Shown: positions 18,379-26,123 of the stretch, piece by piece
How positions within the stretch are numbered: the stretch's first letter is position 1
Layout: every line of letters starts with the position of its first letter
Assembly: GCA_030431555.1 (NCBI GenBank)
Contig: JAUIIP010000002.1
Span: forward strand, 1-60,098
DNA length: 60,098 nucleotides
Direction: 5' to 3'
Origin: a bacterium
Lineage (GTDB): Bacteria > Bdellovibrionota_C > UBA2361 > SZUA-149 > JAGRAN01
Notes under the pieces: model-generated
Databases searched by the model: none
Told to the model about the DNA's origin: nothing
The model's input: the letters and a program-made list of their open reading frames with translations, nothing else
Position numbers and translations under genes: made by a program

Positions 18379-19806
18379 CAAGAGGTAAACATTCCAGCCT
18401 TCGGATTCCGTCGCGCGGCACCACGAGCTGCTTGCGGCAAGAATGGAAGACAGTGCGGTGTCCGTCGGCCAAATAACAACTTTTGGCTGCACCCTGCGAA
18501 AGAATTCTCGCCAAGTAGCCATTCCCTGCGACGCACCGTCATGTAGCGCAAGAATTCTCGGATCGTTAATTTCTACCCGGCTATCAACGCTGACTAGCCT
18601 TGTTGGATTTCCCGACTCATCGCTGAATCTGAAAATCAAATACGCGCCGTCGACCGAGCTGTTCAGAATTGGACCCTCCAAGTCACTCTCGAGCACGAAG
18701 TCCGCAGCCGCCTTCGGCACAGCCTGCGACACAAGGGGCAGCCTAAGCAATCCATCGACCTTCAAGCAAAAAAACAGCAGCAGTAGACCTGCCGCCACTG
18801 CGGGTGGAACCTTGGCCAGGGTGCGCTCAAAGTTTGTCGCTGCACTGCTCAGGTTCGCCATCGCTCCGATGCTGCTCGACGCTTGGGGCAGCGTCCACGC
18901 GATCAATGAAGCAGCGTAAATAACAGCAAACGGCAGCAGCGTAATGGAAGCCATGCCGACGATAACAAAAAACGTCAAAGCGACCAGCTGAGCTGCACCT
19001 AAGCGTGCGCAGTGGTAGTGCAGCAACGTAAACAATACTGCTAGAAGTAAGATTAAAAAACTCACTGGATAAAGATCAAATGACGCTGGCTGAAAAACCA
19101 GCATTGAACGATGTGCCAGAGACTCTGCCAATCTCGTGAGAACCGCAGCAGGACCGTGAAGCAAAGCCGGACTAATTGTGATAGCGCCAAGGCAAACCGC
19201 AGCACAAAGCCACAATCGTGAACTCCCGCTCTGCTTATCCTTGCCGCATAGGATTGAAAACAAACCGATCAAGCCAAATAAGACACTGGGATGAAGGTTG
19301 GTCCAGAAGGCGAAAACTGCTGCTAAGGCGATGCATGAGCCCGGCGTCAAACGAGCCTGACGACGGATTTGAAATGCCAGCGCTATCGTCAGTGAAAAGC
19401 AGACCCATCCAAGAACATGCGGCGCGAGTCCAAAATGAGCGTATGACGCCATTGCAGCGACTACCGCTGTCACGGCCCCGGCAAAAACACTTTCTGACAG
19501 ACTGACCAAACACAGCATCAGCACCGAAACAAACAGCATCGCTAGTACCAGCTTAAGCACGATCATCCCGGCGGCCGCGTAGCAGTTCCACACAGACGCA
19601 GCAATTACATCAAACATCCACGAATACGGCTGCCACGACTGCCCGGACGAGAAACGGTTCCATAAGTCAGTCTGCGGAACAGCGTCGGAGGAGAGAATCT
19701 TTCGGCCAAGGGCAATATGCAGCCAAATTTCGCTGTCAGAAATCGGGCCGCAGATATAGGCAGCCGTAAAAAATGCAGTCGAAACCAATAGCAGCACGCG
19801 CTTCAT
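18313..19806 (-). CDS. Polytopic membrane protein, GT-C glycosyltransferase-like (paralog 1)
   Basis: Start moved to the ATG at 19806, which overlaps the upstream stop as ATGA with AAGGAG 8 nt upstream. At least 10 TM helices plus a ~150-aa C-terminal soluble domain. First-loop acidic motif ISDSEIWLHIALGRKIL...PQTDLW. Confidence 0.6.
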   Translation of the reverse strand: MKRVLLLVSTAFFTAAYICGPISDSEIWLHIALGRKILSSDAVPQTDLWNRFSSGQSWQPYSWMFDVIAASVWNCYAAAGMIVLKLVLAMLFVSVLMLCLVSLSESVFAGAVTAVVAAMASYAHFGLAPHVLGWVCFSLTIALAFQIRRQARLTPGSCIALAAVFAFWTNLHPSVLFGLIGLFSILCGKDKQSGSSRLWLCAAVCLGAITISPALLHGPAAVLTRLAESLAHRSMLVFQPASFDLYPVSFLILLLAVLFTLLHYHCARLGAAQLVALTFFVIVGMASITLLPFAVIYAASLIAWTLPQASSSIGAMANLSSAATNFERTLAKVPPAVAAGLLLLFFCLKVDGLLRLPLVSQAVPKAAADFVLESDLEGPILNSSVDGAYLIFRFSDESGNPTRLVSVDSRVEINDPRILALHDGASQGMATWREFFRRVQPKVVIWPTDTALSSILAASSSWCRATESEGWNVYLLVTVPTVPFSDCSSPQREGELN

Positions 19807-21371
19807 ACCGGCTTCTCCTTGGCTGCCTTGCATAGGCTGGGCTCCAGATCGCCGAATTGCGAGAGCTTATCCATCCGAACAAAAACCGACCACCCGCTGC
19901 TAACACCACCATCGAAATAAACCCTGCACCAATCTGGGTGCTCCTCCAGAATCGACGCGAGCGGCCACTTACTGCGCCAAAGCACGACACCACTTCCAAA
20001 ATCCAAGTACGCTTTCCAATTGGAGCGCCCGTAAAGCGCCTCCTGGTAGGCCTCTACCACCCGATCCGCGTTTACGTTAGTTCGGCCGTCCAGCACTACT
20101 TTATGACGGGCATTGCCGTCAGCCGAACTAAAGCGGTATATAAGGTAACCGCCGTCGCCAAACACATTCGACACTTGCTCTTCGAGTCCGTGCTCCTGCA
20201 AAAACGTCACAGCGCCTTCAGGAAACGCTCCCGGTCGCACGATCTCTTGACTGAGCTCGATTGTCTTCTCCGCGACTACTATTAGCGCCAACACCACAAT
20301 GGCGACAGAAGGCAGACGGGCGACCGCACCTCTTAGCTTCATCAGCGCCTCTCCCAGCCCGGGAAGCTGAGGTTCAACAAATGTTTCGGATGTTACGGAC
20401 CAGTAGCGAGCAATCAAGGCGCAAAGTGCAATAGCGCCGTATGGAAGAAACTTAAGCACCGCCAAGCTTCCATATGCGAGCATACAACCCGCGGCGAGCG
20501 TAGGCAGCTCTAAGGCCGAAGGTCTCTCATGCACCAGTCGCAGCAAGAGAATCAAAAAGAGAATTAAAAAAGCGGCCGGATAGTCGGCAAACGTTGCCGC
20601 ACGAAACTCGACAATGTTGCGATGCGTAAGTGGATGAGTGAACTTGCCTAGAAGAGTCAACCACTCTCCGCCCGCGTAGGGAGTCATTAATGTTCCTAGC
20701 ACTGCGGCAAGAAACACGAACAAGACGGGGCGCAGATTGAGCGGCCGGTCGCGAAAATTAGCGACCCAAACAAGCAGGTAGCAGATCCCCACAATCGCAC
20801 TCAAATGTGTATTGGCCCACGCGGCGAAGACCAGCAGGACCCCAAAGAGATAAATTGCCTTAACACCGTTACGGCGAACCAGCTCGCCGAGCATCAGCAC
20901 GAGCGCAAACAGAATCCAGGTCACTGTCTGCGGTCGAAGAACAAAATGTGCGTAGCAGGCCGAGGTGGCCACGATCCCGATAATGCAGCCAACCACCGCG
21001 TCCCTCGCAATCAGGCTGAAACTCCAGCAGAGCGACACGGCGAGCAGCACCGAAAGTGCGGCTTTGCAGGCGAGCAGACCACTCATACCGTAGGCCTGCT
21101 CCAACCACGCATAGAGCACTTCGCTTGTCCACGAATACGCCCTCCACGGCTCCCCACTGCTGTAGTAATTCCAGAGATCGACGCTCGGCAGCGCCTGGTG
21201 GTGGATTATCCAACGGCCCACAGCTATATGCCACCACAGGTCAACATCTACCAAGGACCCGCAGATATATAATCCGGCTGCCGCCGCTGCTAGAACCCAG
21301 GCTGCTGCTTTCATCAATGGCTTGTCCAAAATGCCGACATTCAAGAGAAGTAGCCCGAAGTGAATATTCAT
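19803..21371 (-). CDS. Polytopic membrane protein, GT-C glycosyltransferase-like (paralog 2)
   Basis: Same architecture as paralog 1. Motif LVDVDLWWHIAVGRWII...PSVDLWNYYSSGEPWRAYSW is parallel to DLWNRFSSGQSWQPYSW in paralog 1. Confidence 0.6.
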   Translation of the reverse strand: MNIHFGLLLLNVGILDKPLMKAAAWVLAAAAAGLYICGSLVDVDLWWHIAVGRWIIHHQALPSVDLWNYYSSGEPWRAYSWTSEVLYAWLEQAYGMSGLLACKAALSVLLAVSLCWSFSLIARDAVVGCIIGIVATSACYAHFVLRPQTVTWILFALVLMLGELVRRNGVKAIYLFGVLLVFAAWANTHLSAIVGICYLLVWVANFRDRPLNLRPVLFVFLAAVLGTLMTPYAGGEWLTLLGKFTHPLTHRNIVEFRAATFADYPAAFLILFLILLLRLVHERPSALELPTLAAGCMLAYGSLAVLKFLPYGAIALCALIARYWSVTSETFVEPQLPGLGEALMKLRGAVARLPSVAIVVLALIVVAEKTIELSQEIVRPGAFPEGAVTFLQEHGLEEQVSNVFGDGGYLIYRFSSADGNARHKVVLDGRTNVNADRVVEAYQEALYGRSNWKAYLDFGSGVVLWRSKWPLASILEEHPDWCRVYFDGGVSSGWSVFVRMDKLSQFGDLEPSLCKAAKEKPV

Positions 21372-21611
21372 TCGAGCTTATTTTGCTGCATTTCCCATCA
21401 ACAGCTTCACCTTGGCTCTATAAAAAGTTGTCTTTCCAGGCTAAGCGGCTGTAATCACGTGGCTTTTATTAGTGCATTTAAAGAGTTTGTTTGCAACAAA
21501 TTGATCAGAGAACGCCATAACAGCAATTAGAAGAACCGCATCCGGTAAGGATGCTCTTGTAGAAGTTTGATGCGAAGGGCATCAATAATTAATTAATCGA
21601 GGTTATATAAG

Positions 21612-21998
21612 ATGAAAGCAATTAAGAAAGTAGCCATCGGCTACAAAAAGCTTTGTCGGAAAGCATACGTTGCTACAGCAACGAATTCTACTCCGTTGCT
21701 GTTTGTGTTGGGTATCGGTCTCTTGGCAACGGGACTGGTAGGCGCTTCTGAAGCACAGCTCGCAAACGCACCAGGTTCTGGTGTTGCAGCTGGTGACGAC
21801 AGAATATATGAAATCGTTAACCGCATCTTCCTTCTGATCGAAGGTAACTTGGGTGCGTTAGTGATGATCGCCGCCGGTCTCGGAGCAATCATCGCGGCTG
21901 CATTTGGTGCATACCGTGCCGCAGTTGGACTGCTAGTTGTAGCAGTTGGTGCATTTATTCTTCGCTCACTTGTCGCTATTTTCTTCGACTGGAAATAG
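21612..21998 (+). CDS. VirB2/TrbC/TraA-like T4SS pilin precursor (paralog 1)
   Basis: 128 aa. A ~48-aa basic leader with a TM segment ends ASEA|QLAN. The mature ~80 aa form two hydrophobic helices separated by a GAYRAA loop, the same layout as VirB2/TraA propilins. GAGG lies 9 nt upstream and a terminator lies downstream. Confidence 0.55.
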   Translation: MKAIKKVAIGYKKLCRKAYVATATNSTPLLFVLGIGLLATGLVGASEAQLANAPGSGVAAGDDRIYEIVNRIFLLIEGNLGALVMIAAGLGAIIAAAFGAYRAAVGLLVVAVGAFILRSLVAIFFDWK

Positions 21999-22065
21999 TC
22001 GGCGGCGAAGAAAATGCGGGAGTCGGTGGGGACCGACTCTCTCATTTACAACGAGTGGTTCAAAA

Positions 22066-22100
22066 CCAAAAAGTGGCGTTCTTCGGAGCGCCACTTTTTT
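22066..22100 (+). terminator. Rho-independent terminator after pilin paralog 1 (A-tract/T-tract flanked, potentially bidirectional)
   Basis: AAAAAGTGGCGTTC-TTCG-GAGCGCCAC followed by TTTTTT. It is preceded by a second hairpin, GAGTCGG-TGGGGA-CCGACTC, at 22020-22039. Confidence 0.75.
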
Positions 22101-22188
22101 GTACATCCGCTAAGCTAGACAGCATCCTGCCGCCGGTATAGATTCGGTCCTTAAGTTTCCCGGAACCAGATGGAGTAATCCGCGGCTG

Positions 22189-22941
22189 ATGACTTCCTTT
22201 GTCCTGGCTACTGCCGCTGCAACCTTTACAGCATATTTCGTCAACGCTCTTACCGCCTTCGGCGGCAACATTATATTCATCCCAATAGCCGCCCTAATAC
22301 TGGAACCGAAAGAAGCCGTGGTAGTTTGCGCAGGTCTCAATATGTTCGCAAACATATTGCTGGTTAAAGTCGACAAGAAAGCTGTTCCACGCAGCTACTG
22401 GTTTATACCTGTAATTTGTTTTACCTCAGGCACAGTCCTCGGCGCGTTAACGCTGAAAACCTCCCCTGAAGACTCGTTTACCCTCTTGCTTGGTATAGTG
22501 ATTGCGACTCTCGGCGTTTGGTTTCTAATGGGGCGGCCGATGGGCAAGCGAGCGGACATACGTGACGAGATACCCGAGCGCAGCACTCCGGCAGATTGGG
22601 CTGTTTCCGCTTTCTCCGGCTTTTGCGGAGGCTCAGTCGGCATCAACGGCCCTCCCCTGGTCTGGCACTTTGGAAGGATCTTCGCAAAAGAGGCGTTCCG
22701 CAAGGTGTTAGTCCTGCTTTTTCTTCCCGCGGCATTTTTGCAGTTCGCGACATATAGCGCCGTCGGGCTGGTCGACTCTAAAACTATTCTATTTATTCTT
22801 GTTTGCCTTCCTTTTATGTGGATCGGCACTTTGTTGGGCAACCGTGCTTTTTTTAAAGTAAATCTACCTTGGTTTAATCGAATAGTCGGTATGCTGCTGA
22901 TCGCAATTAGCACCAAGTTTATTTTTGTCGGGATAGCTTGA
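22189..22941 (+). CDS. TSUP (TauE/SafE) family anion exporter-like membrane protein
   Basis: 250 aa, about 8 TM helices. N-terminus AATFTAYFVNALTAFGGNIIFIPIAALIL is typical of the family. Confidence 0.65.
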   Translation: MTSFVLATAAATFTAYFVNALTAFGGNIIFIPIAALILEPKEAVVVCAGLNMFANILLVKVDKKAVPRSYWFIPVICFTSGTVLGALTLKTSPEDSFTLLLGIVIATLGVWFLMGRPMGKRADIRDEIPERSTPADWAVSAFSGFCGGSVGINGPPLVWHFGRIFAKEAFRKVLVLLFLPAAFLQFATYSAVGLVDSKTILFILVCLPFMWIGTLLGNRAFFKVNLPWFNRIVGMLLIAISTKFIFVGIA

Positions 22942-22949
22942 ATTGAAAA

Positions 22950-24182
22950 CTAGTCCAAAAAGCGTTCTCGCTCAGCTTCGCTCGGCATTCTGCACGCTTC
23001 AAACTTGCCGAACACCTTATACCTATTGCGTGCGATAAAATTATAGACGATATCGCGAATCTGCCGTGGTACAATCCATAATACTCCAGCAAAACGCCAC
23101 AGCCCGCCCATCCAGGTAAGAATTCTTAATACAGCCGCAGAACGCTCATAGCGCTCGCCATTTTCATCCAGCAGAACGATACTGTGCATTGATTCGGCAT
23201 CTTCGCCCAGCAGTTCTTTCGCGGTTTCGCCCTGAAGCGGTGCAAGCTTAAAGACCCCGCAAAAGTCCTCACTCAGCACGAACTGCACAAAGTTGTCGCA
23301 AAGTCCGCAAACGCCATCGTAGAAGATAATAGGCTGGCCACCTTCTGTCTTACGTCCGGGAAACCAGCGTGCATCAAACGTGAAAAAGTGAACTACCATC
23401 AAAGACAGGGTCAGCTCAATAAAGTCAAAAAAAGTCGCTATCCCTAAATGGAGCAGGAGCATTCCGCCCCAGGCAGCCAAACGACCCTTTGAGATAACGC
23501 ATAGCGGAAGGAACAAAATCTCAAGGGCCAAAGTTAACCAGGTCATTCCCATCCAAAACAGCATCGGCAAATCGCGAACAATATCAGCGAACCACCACTG
23601 ATAAGTGTTAGCGGTTCTGGTGACGTAATAAATTGCGGTGCCGTCGATCCAGCTCGGACTGGCTGCCTTGAGAACCCCGCTGAGAGTGTAACTAACTGCC
23701 ATCACCAGCCAGGCACCGACGAACAGAGCACGCGGCATGAACCAATCGTGGTTTAATCTGGAAGCCTTCGCCCCGAGTACTAGCGGCTCCCCGGTCGGCA
23801 CAAGTGCCGTTGCAAGCAGCAGCCAGCCCACAAAGGAAACACCTGGATGGCTGATGAAGTTATTCCTGTTAAACAAACAGGTCCAGCAGACCCAAAGCAG
23901 CACAGCGCAGGAGCGTCTAAAAATTCCCAATGTAAACAGAACGGCCAAAACGATCGTAGCCACGATCACCGAAAGGATAACTGGGGGTGAATCGTAAGTG
24001 TCTAGCGGGTTGTAAAGGTAGCCGTACGTCCAGTTCAGCTGCGGGTTCGCAACCATTGAGACGCTGCTGAACAGGTCAACCCCGTGCCATAACATCGGCA
24101 CCATACAAAAGATTATCAGCAAGCCAAGGAAAATCCGGGCAAGTGCAAATTGATACGGTGTATAGGACTCTAAGCGCCGCAT
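22950..24182 (-). CDS. HTTM (vitamin-K-carboxylase-like/SdpB-like) membrane domain fused to a C-terminal DCC-family thiol-disulfide oxidoreductase domain
   Basis: The N-terminal ~280 aa are polytopic (FALARIFLGLLIIF..., LFNRNNFISHPGVSFVGWLLL). The C-terminus IIFYDGVCGLCDNFVQFVL...FKLAPLQGETAKELLG carries the DCC/DUF393 CxxC signature. Confidence 0.6.
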   Translation of the reverse strand: MRRLESYTPYQFALARIFLGLLIIFCMVPMLWHGVDLFSSVSMVANPQLNWTYGYLYNPLDTYDSPPVILSVIVATIVLAVLFTLGIFRRSCAVLLWVCWTCLFNRNNFISHPGVSFVGWLLLATALVPTGEPLVLGAKASRLNHDWFMPRALFVGAWLVMAVSYTLSGVLKAASPSWIDGTAIYYVTRTANTYQWWFADIVRDLPMLFWMGMTWLTLALEILFLPLCVISKGRLAAWGGMLLLHLGIATFFDFIELTLSLMVVHFFTFDARWFPGRKTEGGQPIIFYDGVCGLCDNFVQFVLSEDFCGVFKLAPLQGETAKELLGEDAESMHSIVLLDENGERYERSAAVLRILTWMGGLWRFAGVLWIVPRQIRDIVYNFIARNRYKVFGKFEACRMPSEAERERFLD

Positions 24183-24661
24183 GAGATTGAATACCTAAAG
24201 TCCGGCTTCCCGTCAGGCTTGGCATTATGAAGCAGAATCGTAAAGCCTCTTATTGGTCTATCGATCGCCAGTAATTCGGCGATGACTCCCCCGCTGCAGA
24301 AACCGTGGCTAAGCACCGGCCCGTAGGTAGCGTCAGGTATCACCGGCAGCCAGTTGATGACCATAATGTAGCCGATATAACGAAAAAAACGTCCAGTGGG
24401 CCCCTTGTGGCGCAGCGTGTTCGTGTAATCAGCTTTAGGCACGACGCGTTGCGTTCCATCTTCAAAATCGAAGACAAATTCTGCCATGTAAGGAATAGGC
24501 TCAAAAGCCTTAGAGCCGCCGAACACATCAGGAAGCGGCGAAGCCCTAGTCGCCAAAGCGAGAAATACAAGGTCATTATTGTGAATGATGTATCCGGTCG
24601 ACTGCAGCAAACCAACTGCGGTCAGCAGATAAATCAACATTAGATGAACTTTTCGCTGCAT
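24170..24661 (-). CDS. Signal-anchored hypothetical protein (163 aa) that overlaps the HTTM-DCC gene by 13 nt (same operon, possible translational coupling)
   Basis: N-terminal hydrophobic anchor LMLIYLLTAVGLL. Overlaps the downstream HTTM-DCC ORF by 13 nt. No domain recognised. Confidence 0.55.
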   Translation of the reverse strand: MQRKVHLMLIYLLTAVGLLQSTGYIIHNNDLVFLALATRASPLPDVFGGSKAFEPIPYMAEFVFDFEDGTQRVVPKADYTNTLRHKGPTGRFFRYIGYIMVINWLPVIPDATYGPVLSHGFCSGGVIAELLAIDRPIRGFTILLHNAKPDGKPDFRYSISCGA

Positions 24662-24711
24662 TATTCGACTTCTGCCTTCACCCTCAGCTTGATACTATAC
24701 TGCCTAGACAA

Positions 24712-24733
24712 GCTGAAAGCACGCGCTTTCAGC
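24712..24733. promoter_or_regulatory. Perfect 9-bp stem / 4-nt loop hairpin or palindrome in the divergent promoter region
   Basis: GCTGAAAGC-ACGC-GCTTTCAGC lies between the divergent starts at 24661 (-) and 24755 (+). Confidence 0.3.
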
Positions 24734-24754
24734 CAACGCATATTTGCCCTTGAG

Positions 24755-26122
24755 ATGAAGAATTACTCGCTTCGGATCCCGTCGAAGCTGCCATTTATTG
24801 AAGTCACCTGGCGTGCTGCTGCGGCGCTACTGATAATATATGCGGTATGCTTTTTCTTATTTGCCGTATGGGTGGTCGACGACAGCGGCTACATGAACCT
24901 CCCGCCTGAGGTAGGAGACGGTCAGGCGTATGACAACATTGCTTATAATCTATTGCACGGTAATGGTTTCGGGCACGACTGGAGTATCCCGGAGTGGAGG
25001 GAGCCCTATCTCAAAACCAACAGCGACGGTTACTATGATTGGGTACTTGAGCACGACGCTCCGTATTCGCCGACAGCGTTTCGACCGCCGCTCTACCCCG
25101 TTTTGCTGAGCGGGATATATGCTTCTTTTGGACGCAATTTTGCCGCATGGCGCTACGCTAATATCGCGATAACCGTGACTGCCGCTGTATTGAGTGTGGC
25201 GCTGGTGTATCAGTTGGTGGGCATCATCCCTGCCCTTCTCTCAGCAGCTTTTGCGTTCTTCGATACAAGTCTGCTGTTCTACATCCACCGATTTATGACC
25301 GAACCTTTAGCCGCGCTGCTGGTCGTAATCCTGCTGTTCATCCTGCTTCGCTGCGCCGCCCACCCTAAAAGAATCCACTTCATGTCGGCCGGGACAGTCT
25401 TCGGCATTATGCTCCTATTAAGAAATCTTTTCCTGCTTTGGCTTCCCTTTATTCTGTGCCTGCTGTGGATTGCGGCACGGCGCGGCAGCAAAGCCGAAGA
25501 GTCTTTAACTCCGGTGTCGGGACTATTTTTATTTTTGGCTCCCGCGCTAATATTAAGCATCCCTTGGTACGCTAGAAACTGCCTCACCACACACGAGTTC
25601 ATGCCGACCGGCACCCAGGGAGCCCGGGTTATGGCCGTCGGATACTCAGATGCGATGTTTGAAACCGGAGGGAAGTGGACCTTCAAGAAGAAAGTCGAAA
25701 TCCTTTCAACATTCTCAGCCGCGGAAGTTCCTGGAATTGAAGGCGAAGTGTTAATGGCCAAAGAGGGACGACAAAGAACTGCGGATTGGATTTCAGTTAA
25801 TACTGCGAAACTTCCGCAGCTTGCCGCCATCAAAACAACATCCCTATGGTGGTCTGACGCGCAGGGTTATCAACGCTTTTTAATTGTGCTTTCATTACTT
25901 GGCCTGGTCTTCGTTTTCGGCTCTCCTGCATTCCTTGTGTTCTCCGCCCTGCTGCTCGCTAACACAGCAGCAATCGCTGTGACATGGAATGTTCCGCACG
26001 GGAGATTCTTGATACCTATCCATCCGCTGCTTTACTGTTTAGCTTCTTGCGGATTATACATGCTCGGCTCACCACTGCGTACAATATTCAAAATGCTGCG
26101 AAGCGGCAGGGAACAGTACTAA
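24755..26122 (+). CDS. ArnT/PMT_2 (GT39-like) GT-C membrane glycosyltransferase
   Basis: Start moved to the ATG at 24755, because the 24644 start would overlap the divergent gene. Polytopic. First-loop motif VVDDSGYMN...GDGQAYDNIAYNLLHGNGFG is typical of ArnT-like enzymes. Confidence 0.6.
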   Translation: MKNYSLRIPSKLPFIEVTWRAAAALLIIYAVCFFLFAVWVVDDSGYMNLPPEVGDGQAYDNIAYNLLHGNGFGHDWSIPEWREPYLKTNSDGYYDWVLEHDAPYSPTAFRPPLYPVLLSGIYASFGRNFAAWRYANIAITVTAAVLSVALVYQLVGIIPALLSAAFAFFDTSLLFYIHRFMTEPLAALLVVILLFILLRCAAHPKRIHFMSAGTVFGIMLLLRNLFLLWLPFILCLLWIAARRGSKAEESLTPVSGLFLFLAPALILSIPWYARNCLTTHEFMPTGTQGARVMAVGYSDAMFETGGKWTFKKKVEILSTFSAAEVPGIEGEVLMAKEGRQRTADWISVNTAKLPQLAAIKTTSLWWSDAQGYQRFLIVLSLLGLVFVFGSPAFLVFSALLLANTAAIAVTWNVPHGRFLIPIHPLLYCLASCGLYMLGSPLRTIFKMLRSGREQY

Positions 26123-26123
26123 T

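Noticed and set aside
22395-22916. 173-aa minus-strand ORF inside the TSUP transporter gene, and a similar antisense ORF at 25279-25833
   Set aside because: Both lie antisense to well-supported polytopic membrane protein genes. Their Arg/Pro/Ser-rich composition is typical of shadow ORFs.
24644-24754. ORF-track start at 24644 for the GT39-like gene
   Set aside because: That start would overlap the 5' end of the divergent gene (24170-24661). It would also add a non-conserved-looking 37-aa extension ahead of the first TM region. The ATG at 24755 is preferred.
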